DNA from: Octopus vulgaris
Taxonomy: Eukaryota
Assembly (NCBI GenBank): GCA_951406725.2
Contig: OX597834.1
Location: 40,982,001 to 41,046,000 of the forward strand
Direction of reading: 5' to 3'
Length of the DNA stretch: 64,000 nucleotides
Shown here one piece after another: positions 37,988 to 50,809 of this stretch. The notes under the pieces are model-generated. The model was not told the DNA's origin, did no database searches, and worked only from the letters and a program-made list of their open reading frames with translations. The translations under genes and the position numbers were made by a program. Position 1 is the first letter of the stretch. Every line of letters begins with the position of its first letter.

Positions 37988-38324
37988 CAAGCTTCTGTAC
38001 AAGTTCTATTAACCATGTTTCATTTAAAAGGTTTTAGTCAATTTAAGAAGCCATGCAGTGAAACCAAACTTGAAAAATACATATTGGTTAACCACAACCA
38101 AGACTGGATTCCTACAAACACTTTTCTTCCATTCAAAGAAAGCGTGTTTGATATGATAGCACAATACATGCCATTCATACCATACCACTTTCCAGATAAG
38201 GAATACTTACACCCGTTAATCTTAGACCTTTCTATACCAACCCTACCCCCTTGGTTCTACAATAAAAACTTCCCATTTTAAATCCTTCCATCAAATCAAA
38301 ATTCCTTCAAACACCAGCTTAATG

Positions 38325-38372
38325 ATGGTAATAATAATAATAATAATAATAAAAATTAAAATAATAATAATG

Positions 38373-38408
<36 letters not shown>

Positions 38409-38427
38409 TTAATAATAATAATAATAA
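38325..38427. repeat. (TAA)n microsatellite
   Basis: Direct reading. Confidence 0.95.
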
Positions 38428-39111
38428 TCCTTTCTATTTTAAACTCAAAGGCCTGCAATGAAGCAGGGGCTAGTCAATCACATCAACCCCAGTGTTTAAC
38501 TGGTACTTTATTTTATAGATCCTGAAAAGGTGAGTTGCAGGTGACACTCAGCAAATGTATCACACACACACACACACACACACAAACTGCCAATGATAGT
38601 TACAAACTTTACTTCATGGCTATCAGGGCTGTCAAGTACTATGACATATCAGACAAAGCTATAACTTCTGTGGGAGAGGTAGAAGCCAATGTTCCCATGC
38701 TTGCATAGATCAGACGAAGAAATTAACCCAGAGGTGAACATCTGACAGTTGAAGCCCTTCCTGTCGCTAACTGTCACCTGTTTCCAAGCAAAGTAATATT
38801 TCCCCATGGTTCAACATGTTTCCATGGAAACTAAGGACACCACTTGCACAATAGTAACACATTCGTATACAGCCATCACACAATATGAAAACAAGGAAAT
38901 GCAAACACTATCACCCATGTGTATATTATCTATCTATATATATATACACAAGAAAAAAGCAACAAGAATGGATTAGTTGTTGCTTTTTCCTTGTTTATAA
39001 TCACCCCACATTATTTTATGGTTAATAACCATATAGATTTATGGTGCATCTAAGTTAAGTACCGCATTCATATGAATTCATTGGAACTCACTTGAATCTT
39101 AATTGCTTTTA

Positions 39112-39155
<44 letters not shown>

Positions 39156-39842
39156 ATCTATATATATATATTCATGTCACACTTCCACACTCTGCCTATT
39201 TGACATTTTGATTTATTGTTTTGGGTTCTGTAAATTCTTTTGTCAACTACAAGTTTAGCTTGGTCACCAGGAGAAAGCAATAAACAAAAGAGTGACTGAA
39301 AGTTAACAAATACAGATGATTCACAGATAAGATTTCCAAACCAACAGAAATGGTCAAGAAGGTTAGATTTAGGCCACTTCATTAAACAGACCACATTCTA
39401 CCACCCCAAACACACTACAAATATCACTCCACTCAGTAAAACAAATTCTATCACCCTAATCAGATCACAAATGCTACTCCAGATAACAGACCACTGCTAC
39501 CTGTCTCAAACTGATAACAAAAGCTATCTTCAGACCATCTCCCTCGAGGATAGAGAAACTACAAGTTTTCTCTTCTCAAAACAGTTCATGGTCTACCAGT
39601 CATAACAGACTATAAATGCTGTCTTCTTTTTGGTGGGGAGGAAGAGAGACAAACTAGAAACAAAACTTCTTTTTAAATTGAGGTAATAAAGATAGGAAGA
39701 ATATCTGAACCACTCTGCCTTTTAAAAAAACTGGCATTGCGTTGGTTACAACGACAAGGGTTCCGGTTGATCCAATCAACGAAACAGCCTACATGTGAGA
39801 TTAACATGCAAGTGCTGAGCACGCCACAGACACACATACCAG

Positions 39843-40047
39843 TTTCTTTACTACCCACAAGGGGCCAAACAAAGAGGGGACAAACAAGGACAGACCCCAG
39901 TGCATAACTGGTACTTAATTTATCAACCCTGAAAGGATGAAAGGCAAAGTCAACCTCGTCGGAATTTGAACTCAGAACGTAACGGCAGACGAAATACGGC
40001 TACGCATTTCGACCGGTGTGCTAACGATTCTGCCAGCTCGCTGCCTT
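39843..40047 (-). mobile_element. SINE-A inserted into a SINE-F copy
   Basis: SINE-F sequence stops at CACATACCA before the insert and resumes CACATACCATTAACGTA after it (apparent TSD). Confidence 0.8.
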
Positions 40048-40302
40048 CACATACCATTAACGTAACAGACAGCAAGGACACCTCAACTCAGTCGATCTGC
40101 AAGAAATAACATCAGTCAACAGGAGAACCATAACAGATCACAAATGCCACTCCACTCAGCAGACCAACCCTTGCCAAATCGGTCACAGGAAAGAGAGTAA
40201 GGTGCTGGAAAAGTGTTCTTTCTTTCAGATGAATTAAATGACCAATTATGAGTAAAGAAGCACTAGTTATGTGCTTTGGACAGAGTATTCAGATGACCTG
40301 TT

Positions 40303-40552
40303 CATCATCATCATCATCATCGTTTAGCGTCCGCTTTCCATGCTGGCATGGGTTGGACGGTGCAACTGGGGTCTGGGAAGCCAGAAGGCTGCACCAGGCC
40401 CAGTTTCATCTGGCAATGTTTCTACGGCTGGATGCCCTTCCTAACGCCAACCACTCCATGAGTGTAGTGGGTGCTTTTTACGTGCCACCGGCACAGGTGC
40501 CAGACGAGGCTGGCAAACAGCCACGGTCGGATGGTGCTTTTTACGTGCCACC
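40303..40552 (-). mobile_element. RTE 3'-UTR-derived repeat (family C)
   Basis: Contains two GGTGCTTTTTACGTGCCACC internal units and a (GAT)n tail. Confidence 0.85.
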
Positions 40553-41009
40553 AGAAAATGGGAAATGGAGGGACCAAGTTCACTTGATGATGAAACTGTT
40601 TAATATCATCATCAACATTCCTTTTCCATGCTGACATCGGGTGGATCATTCAACAGGAACCAATGTGCCAGAGGGCTATGCTAAGCTCCATTATCTGCTT
40701 TGGTATGGTTCCTACAACTGGATGCTCTCCCTAATGCCAACCATTTCAACCACTTTACATAGTGTATTGGGTGTTTGTTTTTTTTCACATGGTACCAGCA
40801 TTAGTGAAGTTGCCAAATATTTGCAGAAGACCCCCATACACACAAATACACACACAATTCTGTCCTGGACAAGTATTTTAATTACCAGCCCCCACCAAAA
40901 AAATGAAAGACAAAATTGTCTTCATACACACGTGTGTGTGTGAAACAAAAAAAACATGTAGTAATTAAACATACAAACATGGACTAAATACACAAATGAA
41001 CAGTATATA

Positions 41010-41419
41010 TACTCTTTACTCTTTTACTTGTTTCAGTCAGTTGACTGCGGCCATGCTGGAGCACCGCCTTTAGTCGAGCAACTCGACCCCGGGACTTATT
41101 CTTTTTGTAAGCCCAGTACTTACTCTATCAGTCTCTTTTTGCCAAACCGCTAAGTGACGGGGACGTAAACACACCAGCATCGGTTGTCAAGCAATGCCAG
41201 AGGGACAAACACAGACACACACACATATACACACACATACATATATATACATATATACGACAGGCTTCTTTCAGTTTCTGTCTACCAAATCCACTCACAA
41301 GGCATTGGTCGGCCCGAGGCTATAGCAGAAGACACTTGCCCAAGGTGCCACGCAGTGGGACTGAACCCAGAATCATGTGGCTGGTTAGCAAGCTACTTAC
41401 CACACAGCCACTCCTGTGC
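41010..41419 (-). mobile_element. SINE-B, full length
   Basis: As for the other SINE-B copies. Confidence 0.9.
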
Positions 41420-42099
41420 ATATATATATTGTATATAGTTGAAGTGAATTGTTATGAAAAATGAAAATGCAAAACTCAAAACAACAATGAGGGAGAACCT
41501 GGGCTTCAAATAAACAAACTTTAACTACATTTTAAGTACTTTCTCCTTTTTATAGATTTAAATGCATATTATATATATATATATATATATATATAGACCT
41601 TTAGCCTGAGTCAAATGAAAACATTGCCTGAATGCAACAATAAAATATAAAAGGAATTCTTGGAATTTCAGTCAGTTTAAAGAATTCTATGTAAGTGCAA
41701 GCCTAAATCGTTTTGATAACAATGGGGTCTAATTAACTGGAAGTAATCTAGTTTGTCGAACTGACTCAAATACAGTAACATAACAAGTCAGAAATAATAA
41801 TTATTATGATAGCGGTGTTTTAATGAGAACCTAAAATGTATCTAGATAGAGGATCAAAAATTCTTTCTTAATCCTTAAGAATAAAATATCACTTGATTGT
41901 TCATTTCTAATAAAAATAATTTGAAAATTGTTAACTGCACAACGTTTTTTTTTTCTTTTCTCACCATAATATATTTAATTTATGTTTCTTCTTTAATTCA
42001 CTATTATCCTATAAATATTATGAACTGAAGTAAGAATAAATTGCAATTTACTTTAATTAGTTGTTGTATTTTGAGATTATATATATATATATATATATC

Positions 42100-42321
42100 T
42101 GATCGTGGCCGTGCCAGTCTCGCCTGGCCTCTGTGCCGGTGGCACGTAAAAAGTACCCACTACACTCATGGAGTGGTTGGCGTTAGGAAGGGCATCCAGC
42201 TGTAGAAACTCTGCCAGATCTGACTGGGCCTGGTGCAGCCTTCAGGCTTCCCAGACCCCGATTGAACCGCCCAACCCATGCTAGCATGGAAAGCGGAAGT
42301 TAAACGATGATGATGATGATG

Positions 42322-42322
<1 letters not shown>
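42100..42322 (+). mobile_element. RTE 3'-UTR-derived repeat (family C)
   Basis: Diagnostic motifs; flanked by (TA)n. Confidence 0.85.
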
Positions 42323-42354
<32 letters not shown>

Positions 42355-43235
42355 CTGAAATTTTATATTTAGGTATGTACAAATGTGTGTGTGTGTGTGT
42401 GTGTGTAAGCATATATACATAACTGGAAGAAAGAATCTGTGGAAGACGGTAACTAAAATGCAGTAAGAAGACTGATGAAGACAGATCTCAAGAAGCTGGA
42501 CCCCATCAAGATGATGACAAAAGATGAACACAAGAGGCAAAATGTTGTACTGGAATGGGGAAAACCTATCCAACCCACATGAAAAACAAACATCAAAAAT
42601 AATAATACCAATAAAGTTTGGGATGCTTAACGCCCACATTTCAATCGGTTCTTGCCAATTTACACTCATACCAAGTCTCTCGGTCACCAATCAACTGGTT
42701 GCTTTTTACCACTAAATCTCTTGTTCCCTTTGAATATTCTTTCCCTTTTCTTTTACTTTCTTTCTCCCTCTTCCATCACCCTGTCTTCCTTCTATCGTTA
42801 TCTCATACTCTTTTAATCTTCTTCTCTCCCTTCCTCTTTCTTTCACCCAGGCATTATCCCACCACTCTCCTCCATTACTATTTCTTCTTCCTTTCCTTCC
42901 ATTCCTGTCATCCTATCCCCCCACCCACCCACCTCTCCTTCCTCCGAGGAACCTCTTCCATCTCTCCCTCCCTCTCACAAATGGAAACAACACATAGGAG
43001 ACTCTCCTTAAGTCTTGTCAGAGACAAGATAACCCTTCTGGCGCCAGTGAACAAACAGAAACAACACAAAGAGAATCCTTTAGTCTTGCCAGAGGCATGA
43101 CAACCTTTCCAGTGCTGGTGCCACAAAGAAAATGTACTTGGTACACTCTATAAACTGGATGGTAATGGGAATCCAGTCGTAGAAACCAGAACATCCAAGA
43201 CATGGCCTCTAATGATTCTAAAATCTTTTATGGTT

Positions 43236-43780
43236 TTACTTCCTTCAGTCATTCAACTGCAGCCATGCTGGAGCACTTCTTTGAAAGGTTTGGTCAAACA
43301 AACCAACCCTAGTAGTTATTTTGAAGTCTGGTACTTATTCTATTTGTCTCTTTTACCAAACCGCTGAGTAATGGTAACATGAACAAACCAATACCGGTTT
43401 TCAAGCGATGGTAGGGGGGGACAACAAAAACCACAACTGCACGCATGCATACACACAGTTTCAGTCCTACAACACGGCATCTTGGGCAAGTGACTTCTGC
43501 TATAGCTCTGGGCCAACTAATATGTTGTGAATGAATTTACTTGATAAAAACTGTGTGGAAGTGAGTGTGTGTGTGTATGTGTGTGCACGTGAACACACCC
43601 ACACACACACATATGAATGATGGGCTTCCACACAGTTTTCATCAGCTAAATTCATTCACAACATATTAGTTGGCACATGGCTACAGCAGAAGTCACTTGC
43701 CCAAGATGCTGTGTAGTAGGATTGAACCTGAAACTACATGATTGTAAAGCATGCTACTTAGCCATACAGCCATGCCTGTG
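43236..43780 (-). mobile_element. Old SINE-B copy containing an inverted duplicate of its own body
   Basis: 43457-43561 is the near reverse complement of 43625-43735. Confidence 0.75.
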
Positions 43781-44035
43781 CAGTAATTCCAAGTAACAAC
43801 TAGCATGCGCTGTAATGATGCATCTGACCCATGCCAGCATGGGAAAACAAATTTTTCCTATTTTGGTTATTTCTAGCAGGTCAAGTGACTCTATAAAGAC
43901 TTCGATATTGGTTGAAAATAGCAAGAGTAGTGGTGGGTAGTGATGGTCATAATGGAAGAAATGAGAGAGAGAACATAATGAAATAATGTATCGTGAGTTA
44001 TATACCATGTTGGTGAATGAACTTTTGTCTAGAAG

Positions 44036-44232
44036 CTCTCTTTACTCTCTTTACTTGCTTCAGTCATTTGACTGTGGCCATGCTGGAGCACCACCTTTAG
44101 TTGAGCAAATCGACCCCAGGACTTATTCTTTGTAAGCCTAGTACTTATTCTATCGATCTCTTTTGCTGAACCGCTAAGTTACGGGGGACGTAACACACCA
44201 GCATCGGTTGTCAAGCGATGCTGGGGGGACCA

Positions 44233-44286
<54 letters not shown>

Positions 44287-44589
44287 GAGTGGTTGGCGTT
44301 AAGAAGGGCATTCAGCTGCAGAAACTCTGCCAGATCAGATTGGAGTCTGGTTTGCCAGACCTCAGTCAAATCGTCCAACCCATGCTAGCATAGAAAGCGG
44401 ACGTTAAATGATAATGATGATGATAAGATGGGCTTCTTTCAGTTTCCATCAACCAAATCCACTCACAAGGCTTTGGTCAGCCCGAGGCTATAGTAGAAGA
44501 CACTTGCCCAAGGTGCCACGCAGTAGGACTGAACCCAGAACCATGTGGTTGGTAAGCAAGCTACTTACCACACAGCCACTCCTACGCCT
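44036..44589 (-). mobile_element. SINE-B with an antisense family-C fragment (44285-44424) in its central microsatellite
   Basis: The tail half and head half of SINE-B flank the insert. Confidence 0.85.
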
Positions 44590-45372
44590 AAGCTATGTAA
44601 TATTGTATTACATGGGCACAGAGTATGGCTGAAGGATGATAAAGAAATTTGTTTTGCAATCAAGAGTTTTGGGGCTTGATTCCACTTTCATGGAATGAGA
44701 ATTTGCAGAGGACAGCGGTTCACAAGTATTGAATTTCTGTTAGCAAGTGACCTTACAAGTGAGAGTTGTCAACCAAGTTAATTCATGGAATGCAAACTAT
44801 AAATCAACAAAAATAAATGAGAATTTGCAGCACTAAACAACAGCTCTGCTGGCAACAAAATATATTGACTAAAAAACATACAAATATACACACTGAAATG
44901 TATTGAAAATATTTAATGTAAACAATAGTGAATTATTTATATGATTTCTAAAGGACACACTGTCATTTATTCATTGTATTAGTTTATAATAGCTGTGTAT
45001 TCCATAGACACATACATGTACCCTAAATACAATTCACAAGCAGAACAACATGCGTGTATGAAAAAGCTGGTCCTTTGAATTACAATGCAGTCCATAAAAA
45101 AAAAAGAACTTTCATGGTTGCCCCTGGTGATATGCTGTGACACCAAACTTGGGGTACCATGATTGCAAAGCAAATTTCTTAAATACTCAGCCTATTTACA
45201 CCTCTGTCTGTCTGTCTGTCTCTGCAGACAGGCTGAGTCATGAGGTCCCAAGCTCTAACAATTCAACACAGTACTTGAGAAACATCTAGCTCATTCTGTA
45301 TCGACAGATTCACTGTTAATTTATGCCCGGAAATTGTTTCTTACTAAAGCACACTCTGTCGATCTGTCTGTG

Positions 45373-45409
<37 letters not shown>

Positions 45410-47121
45410 GCATGTCTGTGTAGTTAAAAAGTTTGCTTCCCAACGGCATGGTTTCAGGTTCAGTCCTACTACATGGCACCTTGAGCAGGTGCCATCTACC
45501 AGCACCATATTGTTTCTAACTACAGAACAGTAATCAGTAAGAGCGATAAGCATGGAGTCACTCAACCCCAAACTCTAAGCCCCATGCCAAACTGTCCCCT
45601 GTCTCTGATCTTATGTACTGCTAAAGGGGCTTCTATTCTTCAGAGCTTCTATATATACGAGCTTCTTTCAGTTTCCATCTACCAAATCCACTCACAGCGC
45701 TTTGGTCGGCCCGAGGCTATAGTAGAAGACACTTGCCCAAGGTGCAACGCAGTGGGACTGAACCCGGAACCATGTGGTTCGTAAGCAAGCTACTTACCAC
45801 ACAGCTACTCCTACGCCTTTTGTGTAATTTTATTTTTAATAAAACTAAAAATACTGTATTTCAAGTGCTACAATAGACATTGGGGAAAGACACAGACGTA
45901 AGAAAAATAATTCATTGACAGTCATTATGTAATTCAATACAACTCATGTTAGAGAGAGACAAAAAAACATTTTGCTCAGAACGAATTTTTTTTTTTTTTA
46001 AATGGAACAGTAAAATTCTATTAAAGATTCACTTTGTTTTCTGCACATTTTTATGAAACTCAACTTGAGCCATATTCTGAATTGTCTGGACACATCAATT
46101 CTTAATGAATCAACATTCCCAGACCAATTGCTGATTATCAGCAACCTTTAAAGAAATATATCGAAAATATAATGAATTTGTGTGTGTGTGTGTGTGTGTG
46201 TGTATTTCTGTTATTACTAAATCTAGGCAAGACTAAGCATAATTGCTTGTTGTAATTTGTAAAAATTAAAGGTTCATTATCGTTAACACTACAGATGTGT
46301 TCCCACAAGTTCTTTATGCTCTCGCAATTTGTCCCTCAGTAATAAAAACCTTTCCCACCCCTACTCTAGGCCAAACTATTAAAAATAAAAACAAACGGAA
46401 AAAAGTTCATCCTTGATATGGCATAATGGCTGGGGGCAGGGGACATGACAAAAGTTGTTGGTAACCCCATATCTATCCCCATATAGCAGACCTGTGATCA
46501 AAGGCATTCCACCCTGTCTATAATTCTGAGAGTGTAATTAATATATGACCACAGCTTCCAATGTGTCCTTCCCTTTATTTATTTTTTAATGTTGGTAGAG
46601 TGTGATTTAAGGGATACTTGCTGATGTTTCTAGCAAGTTGAACAACCACATGTAGTAGACAGGCCTCTCAGTTGGCAACAGTAGGAAAGAAAGAAAGAAA
46701 TGTAGAAACACCTATGTAGGTTAAGAGGAGCCAACAGACACTGGAAGAACAGACTTTCAACACTCCTTCCATGCCAGCCTCCCCCACTCTCACTACATCC
46801 CCCTCCTCTGATTCATGAATGTTATAAACACACCACCCTTCCACTCCGCTCTAAGCCGCCTCCTCCTCCTCCTACTACTCCTCCTCTAATTCAAACTAAA
46901 TGAGATTATGAAAATATTTTTAAATGAAATAAAATAATTAAATATATAAAAAAAAAAGTGTCTCCGACTTATTAAATAAGTGAAACTGTGTAATTGCTTC
47001 ATTGACTCTTTCTACTTAGGACTTCTCAATGGGTTTCGAATGAGAGCTAGCCATCCACTCTGTGAGTACAGCAGGAACAGAGCTAAAGAGAGACAAATAT
47101 CTATGACCCAGTTTTCAGATG

Positions 47122-47153
<32 letters not shown>

Positions 47154-47356
47154 TTCTCAAAACAGAGAGAAGCAGTATACATCACTCCTGTGGTTTCCTG
47201 CCACCCGCTCACCTATAAATCTGGGACTGCTCATGTTTTATGATTAAAAAAAAGGAAAAACTTTCTGAATTTAGCAAGTACCATTCAGTATCAAGCCAAA
47301 ATGTGAACATCTATGCCAGCAGTTCCCACCCTGGGGTTCACAAAGGAATCCAGGAG

Positions 47357-47554
47357 TACTCTTTTATTCTTTCACTTGTTTCAGTCATTTTTACTGTGGC
47401 CATGCTGGAGCACTGCCTTCTAGCCAAAGAAATCAACCCTTGGACTTGTAAGCCTGGTACTTTATCAGTCTCTTTTACCAAACCACTAAGTTACGGGGAC
47501 GTAAACACACCAAGGTTGGTCGTCAAGCGATGGGAGAAGGACAGACACAAGCAC

Positions 47555-47613
<59 letters not shown>

Positions 47614-47724
47614 ACAGGTTTCTTTCAGTTTCCGTCTACCAAATCCACTCACAAGGCTTTGGTCGGCCCAAGGCTACAGTAGTAGAAGACACTTGTCCAA
47701 GATGCCACACAGTGGGACTGAATT
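47357..47724 (-). mobile_element. SINE-B, diverged, head truncated (head-only piece at 45653-45817)
   Basis: Tail, microsatellite and CORE-like region are recognisable. Confidence 0.75.
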
Positions 47725-48195
47725 CAGAATTTTAAAAGGCGGCAGTGTAAAACGTGTAATTACTATTATGTATAAATTATTCAGTAACATACATCTTTCA
47801 ATGAAACAGAGAAAACAAGATTATTGTTAGTTAATAAAATTGGCTTAGTAAGTAGATGGACCTTTCAAAGACTGAGGTCCACAGGAAAATTCCTGGATCT
47901 AGTATTTTTCATTCGCAAAATATGCATTTTTTAAAAGACAGAAGAATCTGAAAATCGGCTATAATAATAAAGTTTTCCAGTCTAATTGCTATGAAGGTAT
48001 GATGTCATGGAGAAAAAAGTTGGAGGAAAATGTTACAGAGGTTTAAAAATAAAAAAAAAACTGTGTAACCAACAGCAAGACAGAAATTTTCTGCATTTAG
48101 CAGAACAGTGTCAACTTTAGGTTGTACCCTGTGAAATTTATAGTTTAGTGTCTGTGAAATGTCCTCTTCATTGTAGGTTTCTAAATAAACAGAAA

Positions 48196-48592
48196 TCTCT
48201 CCATATATAAAGCTGAAGTTGTCTGTGTATGGCAGGTTTCGTAGCCTTCAACTAACACTATCTCCTCCGAGACCCTGCAGCGCAAGTTGACCAAAATTGA
48301 GAGTATGATAGAAGAAGGCTTGTTCTTCATTCCATAGAAGAAAAATTCAAATGGGACCATGTTAACACCAAAAATTATTTACATCAAAAAGGTGCTTTTT
48401 TTCTATGAAAATCCCTATTTTTTTACAATTTTTTGACTGCTGTGTCACCATTTTTCGGTGTATTTCAACCAGAAAATGTTCACTCAAAGAGAATAATAAG
48501 CTATATAATGTAAAATTTTTACTTTTCAAAAATTCCAATTCTAAAGGGTCAAAAAGAAAACAAGCCCGAGCAATGCTGGGCAATACTGCCAG
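48196..48592 (+). mobile_element. Non-autonomous Helitron
   Basis: A|TC start with TATATAAA, 3' hairpin GCCCGAGCAATGCTGGGC, CCAG|T end (CTAG in the sister copy at 27042). Confidence 0.8.
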
Positions 48593-48812
48593 TGTAGTAA
48601 TAATTTGACAAACGTCAAGCAACATTAAATTTACAATACTTCACAGACCATATGATTCAATTCACTGAAGGTAATCTACTAAATATACTTAATAGTGTTA
48701 TTATGGTTATGCCAGGTTAACATTCAAGTTAATGAGAATGTAGGATGTATAGGCTAGAACAACTAACATTGTTTGTTCACAGTATGGCCTAAACTTGCCC
48801 ACCAAACTTTAA

Positions 48813-49039
48813 CCCTTTTGATACCAACCCAGCTGAAACCGCCTCTGGCTCTGTAGTACAAATGTCTTGTTTTCATAAGTTCTGAATTAAAATCTTCCAC
48901 CAAACCTTAGTCACAATTTATGTTCCTAACACTAGCTGAATGATAACTAAGTTATTTTACTAAATTATTTGTTATATTTAAAATTAATTGAAAGAAACAG
49001 AGAGCATCTCAACAGAAATATGGTAAAAAAAAAGGGGGG
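48813..49039. mobile_element. piggyBac-like MITE (same family as 15792-16011, opposite orientation)
   Basis: TTAA flanks and CCCTTTT...GGG termini; the body is the reverse complement of the first copy. Confidence 0.85.
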
Positions 49040-49949
49040 TTAAAGAAACAGCCATGCAAGTGTTGACTGGGAATTTCTTTTTCTGTCTAAGTTAATCAAA
49101 AATAGGGAACTGTGCCTTGTAGAATTTACAGCTCCTCCAAGAATAATGAAATAAGTGTAGGTTCATGTTCAATATGAACAACTGTAGGTCAATGGGTGAC
49201 CACAAAAAAAAAACCTGTACTGTAAGCTTTTTCTTTTACATGTCAATGGGAGAATCTCAACATGGTCACTAAAACTGCTAGAAATAGCAGCCAAATCCCA
49301 GAAGACCTGCATGTTATTGAATGCAAGAAAAGATATTCCAAGAACTGTATTTATTTATTTATTAAGAAAGAAAGAAAGAAGGCGAGGAGAGAAAGGGAGG
49401 AGGCAAACTAGTATACTTTCATTTAATATTAGTTTTAAATGTCAAGTGTAAACATTTTATGGGAGGGATAGGAAAGCTACTTAATTGAAAAATGGCAAGC
49501 CACTTGGAATTGTCTTTTGGATTTTGACAAATGCAAGAGAGACAACAAAAAAAGAAGGGGGGGAGAAGAGAGTGACAGAGAAAGAGCAGACATTCAGAAA
49601 TAGTGTTGTTTAGGAAGTACTCAAGAATGAACAAGAACGGTGCCGAGAGAGAAACACTACAACTACTGTTTCAGTGTTTCCACATACAGCAACATAACAG
49701 ACATTATTGTTGATGAGGTGGAGAGGAAGCTGTCATGATTGTTTGACCTGCTAGAAGAAGTAGGTGAGTCGCCCTCAAGCCATATTCTCTTCTCTTAAAA
49801 AAAGAACACATTGGATTATATAACCGTAGATACACTATTCCTGAAAACAAGAACTGTTTGGTAATGGCCAGAAAGCCTTTGATTATCAGTTTGTTCAACC
49901 AGGGTTGACCTAGGGCTAAACAAAATTATTGTAGCAATACATCTGTTGT

Positions 49950-50300
49950 CATGATCATCATTTAACGTCTGTGTTCCATGGGTTGGACAATTTGACGGGA
50001 GCTGTTAAGACCAGGGACAGTACCAGGCTCCATTGCCTAGTCTGGCATGGTTTCTACAGCTGGGTGCCCTTCCTCACACCGGCCACTCCATAGAGTGTAC
50101 TGGGTGCTTTTAACATGGCACCAGCACCAGTATCAGTACTGCTGTGGCAGACGGGTCTTCTCAAGTACAGCAGGGCACCAGATCTCTCAGTCCTTAAACA
50201 TCTCCTTCATAAGGCTCAGCGTCTTGAGATCAGCCTTTTACAAATCATCTCATGTCTTCTAGAGTCTCCCTCTTCCACAAGGTTCATCCACTTTAAGTGA
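49950..50300 (-). mobile_element. RTE-clade LINE 3' end: ORF C-terminus contiguous with the family-C sequence
   Basis: Minus strand reads SLKVDEPCGRGRL*KT*DD...DLKTLSLMKEMFKD*EIWCPAVLEKTR, then the family-C motifs and a GAT-type tail. Confidence 0.7.
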
Positions 50301-50773
50301 TTGATCTGTGAGGTCTTTATTCAACTCCAGAGTAGTCCTTCCTCATCCAACAGACCTATAGCCAAAGTCATGACCATTCATCTTAAATTCATTCATAGCA
50401 TATTTAGAACCACCTTATCTCGTGGGTTTTTTTTTAGGACACAATGGGTGTAATTTGAGGGAGTTTGGGCCTGAGGTGTCTAACACACTGAACTGATTGC
50501 AACATGGAGAAGATGATGTGAAACTAATATACAGGTGTGGCTGTGTGGTAAGAAGTTTGCTTCCCAACCACATAGTTCTGGGTTCAGTTCCACTGTGTGA
50601 CACCTTGGACAAGTGTCTTCTATTATAGCACTAGGCCTACCAAAGTTTTGTCAATGCAGTTAATAAATAGAAACAGCAAGAAGTCCATTGTGTGAGCGTG
50701 CAGGTATGTCGCCATGCTTGATTGCCAAATCCACAAGTTTTTTTATTCTCTCTCTGTTTATTTTCTCTTATTC

Positions 50774-50809
50774 CTTTCTGATGAAGAGTGTTGGCTCGAA
50801 ACGTAAAAG
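50774..50809 (+). ncRNA. Minimal type I hammerhead ribozyme with canonical core
   Basis: CTTT-CTGATGA-A-GAGT-GTTG-GCTC-GAAA-CG-TA-AAAG; palindromic ACGT stem III; predicted cleavage after A50805. Confidence 0.75.

Noticed and set aside
39385-39620. Faint ~25/50-bp periodicity (CAGATCACAAATGCTACTCC-like), echoed near 40130-40180
   Set aside because: Too degenerate to define a unit by eye; it would need Tandem Repeats Finder support.
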